DNA of 64,000 bases from the human T2T-CHM13v2.0 reference genome, Homo sapiens. This document shows, piece by piece, positions 40,357 through 52,303 of this stretch (its first letter is position 1; each line of letters opens with the position of its first letter). Where the stretch lies: assembly GCF_009914755.1 (NCBI RefSeq), contig NC_060930.1; one strand, written 5' to 3'. Both the position numbers and the translations under genes were made by a program. The notes under the pieces are model-generated. The model ran no database searches, was not told the DNA's origin, and saw nothing but the letters and a program-made list of their open reading frames with translations.

Positions 40357-43300
40357 CTAAACCTTTAACCTTTAACTCTAAATCTTTAACTCTAAAGGAA
40401 GTCCCTTTATAAGTTTGTGACCAGTTAATTAACAGGATACTATGCTTTTGTGTCCATTAGTAAAATGCAACAAATTAATCCAAACCACTCCACTATGACT
40501 AAAAGATTACATCCAAGCCACTGCATAACAGCATGGCAAAGCTACAATGTAACAAAGAAAAAGAGATGCTGCATTTGGCATGTACTAGTGCTAAGGTGAA
40601 ACACAGCCAATTGCTATGTTTTATGAGGCCACTTACCATTCTTGTTCAAAGACTCAAGTCATAAGCAATATAGAATTATTATGAAAGAGTATCTAGATAA
40701 TTCAAACAAACCAATTAGTGAAAAATCATTTATTTCATGTACAGAAAATAGTATTATTTGAAAAATTCACTGGTTTTGGTGTTATATAAACACATTCTGG
40801 TTTTGGATATAGTAAAAGCAGAGTTAGTATAAAATGACTGATCACAAGGCTTTTTTATATTTGCTAAGAAACTAGTATATTAATTACCTACATTCTGAAG
40901 TGTCAAATACTTATAATGTAGACAAAGAACATTATATTTGTATTTTTTACATCAAAAATACATTAAGAAATAAAATAGCTTTTTGAAGCAGTTTAAAGGG
41001 CAGTCAATAAACATTTACATATTTAGGAATAATTTAACTCAGCTGAAATGATCTATCATTAACCCAGAAGAGTAGCAGATACAATTCCTAAAAAGTACTG
41101 TCTTTCTCTGCTGTATAACAAAATTACTTGCTGTATCATTATGACCACCATCTTCTTCAGTAAATACTTATTAAGCTTTGGTACTATGTGCAAACCATTC
41201 ATATTAAGGTTACATGTAATAAAAGATACAGTCCCTAGAGCTGAGAACCTTACAGTCAAATTATGAAAACAAAGTATATTTATAAACACAATAAACAGTA
41301 TTTGCAAGTTTGCATTATTAAGTATCAAGTAAGAGGTACCAACAATCAATGCTAACGCACAGCAAGGAAAGCCCAACAAGGGTAGCTGGTCAGGACAGTT
41401 TTAGTAGAAGAGCCATAAGCTGGGTATTAAATAAGAGGACTTGATGCTAAGCACAGAAAACACAAAATAAACTACTTCCTGCTGTTTGGGAACTTACACT
41501 GTACCATATATTACTTATGTCTATACTAGTTAAGTGATAAACAGACTCTGTATCAAAAGTGCAATCAACTAAAGAGGGATTTGATAAGCAGCTAACATAA
41601 CAAGGTATTAAAAGGGAAGTTTCTGCTGAGAACCAGAGACGATAGAAATGACATTCCAAAGCAGCTGCCAGAACATTCTCGAAAATGTCAAGAGGCAGTC
41701 TAAAGAAGAGTGCTGAGATGTGTTACTTTCCACCCCCACCACTAGTGAGGTGGTGCTTCAAGAAGATTACAGAGTAGGTTTCAGAGATTTCCCTGGGGAG
41801 AGCTGTGGTAACAGGGGCCTGTGTCTTCAAGGGGGAAGGGTGGAAGATGCTTGTCCCACACCTAAAGCCTAGGGAAAAAGGCTTTGAGGGAATGACTTGA
41901 AGAACTTGACATGTGCCTCAAGCACTTTGAAGAACATGCTAACCTGGTACCTGATTAATCCCCAGAAAATCTAAATGATGAGAAGCTGCATGAAGAGGCA
42001 TGTGAGAACAAGAGAGAGGGCTGAACTGGGACCACTAGCAGAGTTTGTGCAAAGAATGAGTGCTCCCTATGTGGCCTCTACGGAAGAGTGAACAACCTGG
42101 GGTGGGATCACACAAGTCCATGCAAGAGGGGTATCTAGAGTTTGCACAGACCTCAGCAAAGTGGAGGTGAAGGTACTGCTAGCTCCAAGAGGCTGAGGAA
42201 GGAGTAAGCAACCAATCAGCGCATAAGGGAATTCTCACTGTCAAGGAATTGAGGTGAAAATCTAGAGCCACTGAGGTGGGAGGTAGAAGATTCACCAGTG
42301 AAAGAATAAGCTTTAAACATCTGCAACGGCTACAAAAGCACTGAAACTAGATCACCAGCTAGCTTCTTCACTAATCAAGTAAAAGTTTGCTGCTCCTCTT
42401 TACTCTTTTCACTTCTTCCTTGACCAACTTTGGAAGGGTGAGAAACCAGAACTGGCAAGACAAAGCAGGAAGAGTAGAAAAACCAGGTAAGAAGTAAAAA
42501 GGCAATAATACCCCCTTCCCTAGTTACTGGTTTCCCCCTTGCAAGAGACAGAGCAAGAGACCAGTTAAGGGAGAAGCTTCATCTTTATTTCAGGCTTGGT
42601 CTGCAGTTTTTACTTGTTGGTACTGGGCATTTTAATTTTAATAATCAAATTGAGACTTTTGTGACTTTGTTACTGAAGGATGATTTGTATTATCTAAAAG
42701 CAACCAGAAAAATTAAGTTAACCCATGAAAGAGGATGAACCAGTCTCAAAGAGTAAATTGAAAGAGACAAAAAGGGAAAAAAAGTAATTTGAAAGTGACA
42801 AAAAAAAAGCTTTTATAATTACATCCCACAAGGCCTGCTTTTCAACCTGATATCCTGAAAAGTCAACACAGTGGAGAGCACAGAAGTATACAAATGTGGT
42901 CTTATAAAACATAATTGAATCCATCCAGCTTCACTGCCTATCTTGAGATAGTTCAGCCATTAACATTTGCAGAAACTTGCCATAATGTAGCTCAAGAATC
43001 TAATATTAATTCTTAAAACTTGACACGAGTGACCCAAATATGCTAGACTTCCTTTAAAAGGCAGGGACTGTGTCTTGCTCCCTGCTGTATCTGTAACATT
43101 TTCCAAAGTCTCCCTTACATAAAAGGTGCTTAAAGAACTGGTGTTCTCCTTACCATGAGAAGGCAGCTATGTTAGGCTCTTAGGAAATAGGATATGAACA
43201 AATATGCATACAGCAAAGACTGCTTTTTAATTAAAAATATATTGAGCTTTGCTATGGGCAAAATTATAATCTTTATTACTTTTCATGCTTATCCTTTCAT

Positions 43301-43584
43301 AGCCAGCCAAACCTTTGAAACATGCACAATGTATTTTCAGAACATTCTACCACAATGCAGAATAAATGTGAAACCTTTAAACTTTGATATTCGAAGGAGA
43401 AAAAAAACTACTATATATACATTTTTAAAGAGTTTAGCAGAAAACCCTCAAAATAAGTACACTATCACACAACGCTGTTAAATGCAGAATGGTTTAAAAG
43501 GAGAGAAGCATTTTTAAAATATCCATATTTTATTAATACTCATATTGGTATATGTCTTTTCAGTGAGTGACAGCCTGAATGAAG

Positions 43585-43765
43585 AGCCTACTATGTGCCG
43601 CTACAACTCTGTGAAATAGGTACTATCATCCCTATTTTAAAGATGAGGAAACTGAGGCTCAGTGTTTCATGGCTTGCTCAAGGTCACAATAGTAGTAAGT
43701 GGTGGAGTGAGAATTTTAACTCAGTGTGTCAGGTTCCCACACTGCTCTTAAGTGTGCTGCTGCTA
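43585..43765 (-). mobile_element. MIR
   Basis: attttaaagatgaggaaactgaggctcag core. Confidence 0.75.
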
Positions 43766-44210
43766 TAATGCTGAAGAGTTGAGTTCTACTGACTTCTTTC
43801 CAAAAGAAATAAAATCCAATTTTAATTGTTACATTTACAGTGTACAATTATGAAATATTAGCCATTGTCAAGTTCCAACCATAGTTGGAACACACCTCTG
43901 CTAATATGAATAAACTCTTCATGAGTAAAAATTCTATATGGCAGGCAGTAGTAAAGTTCATAACAGTCCCTCTCTCTCTATGTTTATATACACTCATGAT
44001 GTCATGCTTATGGTATAGTATTTACAATAAGTGTATATGACTATAAAATTTGACAACTTTCAAAATGGTGTATAAAGAAAGCAAGTCTTATATGTTTGTA
44101 GAAACAGAAAGATGTTGGCTCCAACAGAGTCCTATTATCAAACTGTTTCATTCTCAGGCCTCATCTTAGTAAATAAAAGCAGGATAATCCCTTGATATTT
44201 CAGTATATGT

Positions 44211-44450
44211 CAATGGTTCTTAATTGGAATGATTCTGTTTCAACTACCCTGCCCGCTCCTGGGAAATTTTGGTAATACCTGGAGGCATGTTTATTGTCAT
44301 GACTGGGGGTGGGGGGTGAGGGCAGCTACTAGTAGTACCCACTGAGTAGTGCCAGGGATGCTGCCAAACATCCTATAATGCACAGGATATCCCACAATCA
44401 ACAAGGAATTATCCAGTCCAAAATGTCAATAGCGTGACACTGAGAAACCT
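44211..44450. mobile_element. MER20 (hAT-Charlie MITE)
   Basis: ccagggatgctgccaaacatcctataatgcacagga...aaggaattatccagtccaaaatgtcaatag. Confidence 0.8.
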
Positions 44451-46336
44451 AGTATGAAGGATTAAATATCTTAAGTACTTAGCAGAGGGGGTGGAGAGTG
44501 TTTAGAGACTGTAACTACAAACACAAAACCAGAGAGTCCACGTAACACTCAGTAAAGATCAGATGAGGCATTCAAGCGGTGTTGAGAGCACTGGCCTGAG
44601 AGCACCCTCTTGTCTCATTAGATATGAGGTGGGTAATGTCATGGGAGAAAACACCAGCTTCCGATCAATACACCTACGTTTACCAGTGGTGCTGACTTAT
44701 TTTTTTCTGATAAAAGAACAGGAAACTGAAAAAGTGTTAAGTAGAAAGAAAAAAAATGTACTGAAGAGCAACAGCATTTGTTAAACAGAACACAGTCCCA
44801 CTACCAGTTTACTGAGTTTTCCTATTACTTACAGTAGGGCTCTAGAGGGTTACATCTAAAATGAGAACAGTGGATGTTATGGACACATCATAAGAGAAAA
44901 TCAGAATAAATATTCACGTGCTTCATTCAGGACATCAATATTCGGAAGATCAAACACTACTGCAGGAAGCCTGGCTTTTAGACTCCAAATGTGTAAATGT
45001 TCTGATGATACACTACTATCATTCCTTCTTAGATCTTCCTTTCTCTGAATGCAATACTCTGACAAAAAAGGAAACAAAACACCGCACACCTAACAATTTC
45101 TGAGACAGTGCTGAGATCAAACAAAAGACAAAAAAGAAAACTTCACAAGACGTTGGTTGAGTTTTACTGTTATGTACCTGTAACTTTTCTTTTGCTCTTC
45201 CATTTGTGCTCTCATTTTGTAGTCCTTTTATGTTATCTTTTCTATCCTCAATCACATTTCTTCACTAAAATCTTTTTATTCTCTTTTCAACCTTTTTTCA
45301 CTCCTATTTCCTCCTTTCCTCTCTTCCGAATCTCATGTCTTACTTCACTCTCTCAAAAGTGCCAACCAGCAATGGGATTATGTGAGAACTTTACAGTTGA
45401 GTCAGACTCAGAGGCTATCTAGCAGTAACCCCCACGATGCCCATCTCTCTTCAGCATACCAACTCTCCTAACAAGCTGTTAGGAGACAGCTTAAACACAT
45501 TAAGGTATATCATCTTTCTTAACTTTCAGACACCACAAATCACTTCTTACCGATAGGTATTGCTAGATTGCTGGTGAGTTCTAAGCAGAGCAATATAACA
45601 GATATGAATTGCTCTTGCTTCACAGATACCAATTCCTTCTCATTATCAACATTAAATTAGAAAAAAAGTTCACTAATTTAGGTACAGTCCTAAACTACAC
45701 GTGGCCGAATGTGAAAGCTAACTGCTCTTTGAAAATTATCCTTCGACAGACAAACATTGAACTAGATGCAGGCACAGTGTGAGATTCATCTAATAAGCCT
45801 TGTTTGACATTTTGTCAGGATAAGGAATGACTCATTAAATGCCCCAAATTGGCACTCAAGGTATGTTTTACCCTCCTACATTCCTCTGAAAGTTGATTCT
45901 TCCCTTAACTGAGTAACCAGTAAGATACTGTTTAATTCCGAGTCATATTAGGTAAATACGGTACTGTACTTCAAATGGTACTGTAGTGTGATGCCTCGTG
46001 GAGCCCTGGCAGATGCATGGAAGCAACAGTAAAGTGATTTAGTATTGTGAAATAAAGGAACTAAATCCTAATTTGTTCTGTGCTGGTTTAGCCCCAAAGG
46101 GCAAGGAGGTGCAAGTCCCTTACGCGCACCGTGCCGCTGTGCTGTCTAGCTTAAATTCATGTTGCCAGCGTTCCACCAAAGTTTGCAGGGTTTTGGAGGT
46201 GTCTCCGGCTGTTGCTTCGGCGGAGGAGTAGAGTTCCCCTCGCTGCGGGCGCAGGGCGCACTGCCTCCCGGGGAGACAGGTGAGTCCGGCGCGGCCCGCA
46301 CGGGGTCGCCACCTGCCCCGTCGCTGCCCCCCTTAC

Positions 46337-46495
46337 CTTGGTGAGCTGGGCGATTTTCTTGCTCATTTTCAGGTGCATCTCCTGGCTGTAGTCCATGCTG
46401 TGCCCAGCCAGCTGTGCGGTGGCCGGCGAGGGCGCGAATTTGGCCGCCGAGCCGCCGTAATAGTGCTGCTGCCAGCTCATGCCCGGGGTCGCCAT
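46337..46495 (-). CDS. FAM184A: FAM184A first coding exon (coding part, 159 nt, 53 codons, phase-0 intron follows)
   Basis: Minus-strand translation MATPGMSWQQHYYGGSAAKFAPSPATAQLAGHSMDYSQEMHLKMSKKIAQLTK matches the recalled FAM184A N-terminus. Strong Kozak context ggaagATGg at 46495; canonical donor AAG|gtaagg at 46337/46336; lies in a CpG island. Confidence 0.93.
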
Positions 46496-47001
46496 CTTCC
46501 CAACAGACCCCAGCCGGGGCACCTGTCCCCGCGGGTGGAGGCAGGCCCGTGGAGCAACGACGCCCGGGAGGCAAGAGTCGCGGCGGCCGCTTCCCGACCC
46601 GACACCCGGCGCCCCCCAGACTCGGCCGCAGGCGCCGTCCCACCCGCGACCCCCGGGTCACCCCTGGAAGGGACGGGGCGGTCCCGCCGGCCCGAAGCCG
46701 CGGGGACAACGGCGCGGGGCAGATGCCCGGGGTTGGGCGGCGGCGGCCGGGGGCCGGGCCAGCTCTTGGAGGCTCCTCGGCCCGCGCCTGGCGGAGGCGT
46801 CGAGGACAGCGCAGCTCCGCGGGTCCCGCTCGCAGCCCGCACCGAGGACTCGGCGAGGCTGCGGAGGGAGGAGGAGACGGGGCGGGCTGCGGCGGGGATA
46901 GGCGGGGACATGGAGGAGGACGCGGGAGCCGCCGTTACCAGGGCGCGCGCGGGGACGGCGACGTCATTTCCCCGCAGCCAAGCCCCGCCCAGCCCCGCGC
47001 A

Positions 47002-47019
47002 GCCGCCGCCGCCGCCGCC
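47002..47019. repeat. (GCC)6 trinucleotide run in CpG island
   Basis: gccgccgccgccgccgcc read directly. Confidence 0.9.
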
Positions 47020-48761
47020 AGTCCCGCAGCCCCGCGGCCAGTGCGGGCGCCTCGCGAGGTCGATCCGGGATCGTGCCGCCAGTGCTTCCCCCGTGTGGCG
47101 GGGATCCAGCAGCCCAGCCCTGGCGGCGATCCCCGTGCAGCGAGCGTGAGGCCTGACGTAAAAAAAAAAAGTATCCCCAAGAAGACGGTGCTGTAATCAC
47201 CTTCGGTTAGCAGAACGGGTGTCGATTTACAGACCCTTTCCACATGCGTCCTCGTGTGTGCAGGGCCCCAAGAAGTGGCTCTTCCCCAAGAAGAGAGGCA
47301 AGCCCAATCCAGAGACATGAGTAGTGAAGTAGCGAGGATTCCCTGCCCTGACCTTCCTTCCAATGGCACACAAGTGACCGTGACACTGTCTTAGCCGCCC
47401 CCTCCCACCCCGAGTGCCCGGCCACTGCCCCCAGTTCAGTGCTGAGTGTATGTGTGGAGGGAACGCTCCTTTTCAGTCAGCTGGTGGAGCACCGCATAGC
47501 TACTTTCCCGCGGTGGAGCCCAAGACAAATAGATATGAAACTACTTGGCTGGAAATAAGTAAGAATAGGATCGGAGTGAAAGTAATGGTAAAAAAAACAG
47601 AAGATGGAACAAGACATCAGTGCTTTAAGGATTTGGAGCTGGGCCAAAATGTGTCATAACTTGTGCATTTTCGCCTTCATAAATGTGTTATTCCCTACTG
47701 ATTTTCTCTTAACATCTCTACCCCTGCAAGTCAAATGATTTTTTAAGAAAGTTTTTGTATCCTGCATTGAAGCATGTGAGTCATTTTAGGGCATGGATAA
47801 TACTTTAAAAACGTAGAATTGTACCTGTTTTTTTAAAAATCGTATCTCCACGCAGTTTTGCAGAACCAAATTCCCCAACTCCATGTGATTTCTTTTTAGC
47901 ATGCAAGTAGCCAAAATATAAATCTGAGAATATTAACAAACTAGAGAGCCGAATTTAACAAAGATTGTCTGGATGTGACAACATCTAAACAAGGTGAAGG
48001 TTTAATCGGACCCTGAAATACTTTAAGATCTGTTGGAATTCCTGAAAGGAAACTTGAAATTGGCTCTTTTCCCAGATGCTAGGTACTCAGTCCCCCTTAA
48101 ATAGACCTTCCAGGAAAAATGTTGTCTAGTTCCGAGGTTCTGAATGGAGCATATGGCCAGAAACAAATATCCTACAAATGTTGCTCCTTAAGCACTAATG
48201 ATCAAATAAAATTAAAGAGAATTAGAAACTAGTGCTATTTCATCAAATTCTAGGCATGGAAGATTCACAGTCATTTTAGAACTCATGTTCTTTACGTTCT
48301 AAGCAGAAATGTATGCTCAAAAGACTCTCTGTTTCACTAAATTTGTATAGCCAAGTCTTGCTAGGACAAAGATATTTTTGTTTTTGTCACTATGATAAAG
48401 TGGAAAGAGAATAAGACTGGAAATAAGGAAATGAATGTGTAGCATTAGTTGAGTCACCCAACCTGTTCACTCCTCAAGTGCTTCCACTGAAAAGAGATGG
48501 TGTTACCAGCTGCTTCCAGCTCGGACTTGGTAATGAGAAGTTAGGACCCTGGTCCACTGGTAATTCACTCTGAACTCCATCACATGAGTTTCCATCATCA
48601 CTATGTAGCATAGCCCAAAAGGACCCTTTTCTTAAATACTATGCTCAAAAGACATCCACTGTCACTTCATGAATTTAATATTTTTCCCCACGACAATGGG
48701 ATAAAACAAGACACAATTAAAGTTATATTTAATTATAAATAATGAATAGAAACATAATATA

Positions 48762-48992
48762 CAGGTCGAGTATCCTTTATCCAAAATGCTTGGGACCCAA
48801 ACTGTTCTGGGTTTCAGACTTTTTAGGATTTTGGAATATTTGCATTATACTTACTGGTTGAGCTTCCCAAATCCAAAAATCTGAAATCCAAAATGTTCCA
48901 ATGAGCAGTTCCTCTGAGTGTTGTGTTGGCACTCAACATTTCTGGTTTTGGAGCATTTTAGATTTTGAGTTTTCAGATTTGGGATGCTCGGT
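48762..48992. mobile_element. Tigger4a (Zombi) MITE
   Basis: caggtcgagtatcctttatccaaaatgcttgggacc...gatttgggatgctc. Confidence 0.75.
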
Positions 48993-49005
48993 TGGTAAGA
49001 CACCC

Positions 49006-52000
49006 TGTATTAGTCTGTTCTCACATTGCTATAAAAAAAAACCTGAGTCTTCATAAAGAAAAGAGGTTGAATTGGCTCACAGTTCTGAAGGCCGTACAGG
49101 AATCATAGAAGCTTCTGCTTCTGGAGAGGCCTCGGGAAACTTACAATCATGGCAGAAGGTGAAGGGGAGGCAGGCAAAATTTACATGGCTGGAGCAGGAG
49201 GGGGAAAGAGAGCGGGGAGGTGCTACACGCTTTTAAACAACCAGATCTCATGGTAACTCACTGTCATGAGAACACCACCAAGTGAATGGTGCTAACCCAT
49301 TCATGAGAACTTTGCCCCTCAGAAAACTTACAACATGGAGGAAGGTGAAGGAGAAGCAAGACACATCCTACATGGTATCAGGTGAGAAAGAGAGAAAGAG
49401 AGACAGGAACTACCAAACACTTATAAAACTATCAGATCTTGTGACAGCTCACTCACCATGACAAGAACAGCATGGGGGAAGCCACCCCCATGATCCAATT
49501 GAAACAGGAAAAGTTCCCTTGTCCCCTTCGCAGGGCGTGCAATGGGAGTGTGACTCACTTCTTTAGTGCCCCGCTGCTCAAACCTCTAGGGGAGCACAGA
49601 GATGGGCAAGCTGTGAGGCTCAGACCCCAAAGCAGTGTCTAGGGGTGAATGTTTATAGCTGAAGCCACAGTGGGCATGTGTTACAGGGTGCTCTTTTAGC
49701 TTAGCTGTCTGTAGGTGGCTTGTGTTAGCCAGTTCAATTAGACCCCTGCCTTATCACAAGGACAGAGGGCTTTCTATATCCTGGGGTTCTTGCCTTGGTG
49801 TACTGGAAGAATTGGATCACACGTGGGCTTGGAGAATGAGTGCAAGGTTTTATTGAGGGGAAGTAGATCTCAGCAGATGGGGTAGCCAGAAGGGAGATGG
49901 TTTTCCCCTGGAGTTGGGCCACTCGACAGCCCAGGCTCTTCTCCAACTGCCCCAGTCAAACTCCTTGTTGTTCTGCCAGTCGACGGCCTGCTGGCATGCT
50001 GGTGCCTATCAGTGCATTGCTCTCAACGTCCAGCTGCCTGTGTGACCCTCCACTGATGTGCTCCTCTTGGCATCCAGCCACCTGTGTGTTACTCTGCTGA
50101 TGTGCTCCTCTCAACATCCAGCTGCCTGTGTGTTCCTCCACTGATGTGCTCCTCTTGACATCCGGCCACCTGTGTCTGCCTGCTAGGGTCCCCAGGTTTT
50201 TATAGGCACAGGATGGTGGGGGTGGCAGGCCAGGGTAGTCTTGGGAAATGCAACATTTGGGCAGGAAAACAAAAATGCCTGTGCTCACCTAGGTCCATGG
50301 GCATAGGCCTGGGGGTGTAGCCCTAGCCAAGGACCACACCCTTCCCCCGTTCTGTATTATTTGAAGGGACTATGCCCTTCCCTTCCCAGCACTTTCCTTC
50401 TGTATCACAGTCACCTCCCAGCAGGTCCCTCCCCTAACACATGGGGATTTCAATTCAATATGAGATTTGAGTGGAGACACAGAGCCAAATCATATCATTC
50501 CACCCCTGTTCCCTCCCAAATCTCATATCCTTCTAACATTTCAAAACACAGTCATGCCTTCCCAACAGTCTCCCAAAGTCATAACTCATTCCAGCATTAA
50601 CCCAAAAGTCCAAGCCCAAAGTCTCATCTGAGACAAGGGAAGTCCCTTCCACCTATGAGCCTATAAAATCAAAAGCAAGTTAGTTACTTCCAAGATACAA
50701 TGGGGGTTCAGGCATTGGGTAAATGTTCCCATTCCAACTGGGAGAAATTGGCCAAAACAAAGGGGCCACAGGCCCCATGCAAGTGTGAAAACTGACAAGG
50801 CACTCATTAAATCTTAGGACTCCAAAATAATCTCTTTTGACTCCATGTCTCACATCCAGGACATGCTGATGCAAGAAGTGGGCTCCCAAGGCCTTGGGCA
50901 GCTCTGCTTCTGTGGCTCTGCAGGATGCAGCCCCCATGGCTGCTTTCATGGGCCAGTGTTGAGCGCCTGTGGCTTTTCCAGAACATGGTGCAGGCTGTCA
51001 GTAGACCTAATATTATGGGATCTGTAGGATGGTGGCCCTCTTCTCACAGCACCACTAGGCAGTACCCCAGTGGGGACTCTGTGTAGGGGCTTTGACCCCA
51101 CATTTCCCTTCTGCACTGACCTAGCAGAGGTTCTCCATGAGGACTCAACCCCTGCAGCAAATTTCTGCCTGCACATCCAGATGTTTCTATACATCCTCTG
51201 AAATCTAGGCAGAGGTTCTCAAACGTCAATTCTTAACTTCTGTGCACCTGCAGGCCCAACACCATGTGTAAGCCACCAAGGTTTGGGGATTACACCCTCT
51301 GAAGCAACAGCCTGAGCTGTACGTTGGTCCCTTTTAGCCACGGCTGGGATAAAAGGCACCAAGTCCCAAGACCGTACAAAGTGGCAAGGCCTTGGGCCCA
51401 GCCCACGAAACCATTTTTTCCTCCTAGGCCTCTGGGCCTGTGATGGGAGGGGCCACCAGGAAGATCTCTGAAATGCTCTGTAGATATTTTCCCCATTGTC
51501 TTGGCAACTGATATTCCTCTTCTTGTTACTTATGCAAGTTTCTGCAACTGGCCTGAATTTCTCCCCAGAAAGTAAGTTTTTCTTTTCTACCACAGGATCA
51601 GGCTGCAAATTTTCTAAACTTTTATGCTCTGCTTCCCTTTTAAATAGAAGTTCCAGTTTCAGATAATCTTTTTGTGAATGCATATGACTGTATGCTTTCA
51701 GAAAAAGCCAGGTCACCTCTTGAATGCTTTGCTGCTTGGAAATTTCTTCTGCCAGATACCCTAAATCATCTAAGTTCAAAGTTCCACAGATCTCTAGGGC
51801 AGGGGCAAAATGCTGCCAGTTTCTTTGCTAAACCATAGCAAGAGCGACCTTTACTCCAGTTCCCAATAAGTTCCTCATCTTCATCTGAAACCACCTCAGC
51901 CTGGACTTCATTGTCTATATCACTATCAGCATTTTGGTCAAATTCATTCAACAAGTCTCTAGGAAGTTCCAAACTTTCCCACATATTCTTATCTTCCTCT

Positions 52001-52272
52001 GAGCCCTCCAAACTGTTCCAGTTCTGCCTGTTACCCAGTTCCAAAGTTGCTTCCACATTTTTAGGTATCTTTACAGCAATACCCCACTATCCCAGTACCA
52101 ATTTTTTGTATTAGTCTGTTTTCACACTGCTATAAAGAATACCTGAGACTGGGTATTTATAAAGGAAAGAGGTTTAATTGACTCACAGTTCCACATTCTG
52201 GGGAGACCTCAGGAAACTTACAATCATGGTGGAAGGCAAAGGGGAAGCAAGGCACATCTTACATTGTGGCAG

Positions 52273-52303
<31 letters not shown>

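Larger units (their letters stand above)
46110..47520. promoter_or_regulatory. CpG island / FAM184A promoter and 5'UTR
   Basis: Abrupt switch to very GC- and CpG-rich sequence. GC boxes (ggggcggg ~46879, ccccgccc ~46983), CRE-like cgacgtca (~46958) and tgacgtaa (~47154), E2F-like tttcccgc (~47504). Confidence 0.9.

Noticed and set aside
46934-46947. RFX X-box-like gttaccagggcgc in the promoter
   Set aside because: Only one half-site matches; too weak to call.
46146-47369. Long overlapping ORFs (187, 289, 260, 140 aa) in the CpG island
   Set aside because: GC-rich DNA lacks stop codons; the Ala/Gly/Pro/Arg-rich products have no recognisable homology. Only the FAM184A frame has a Kozak start plus splice donor.
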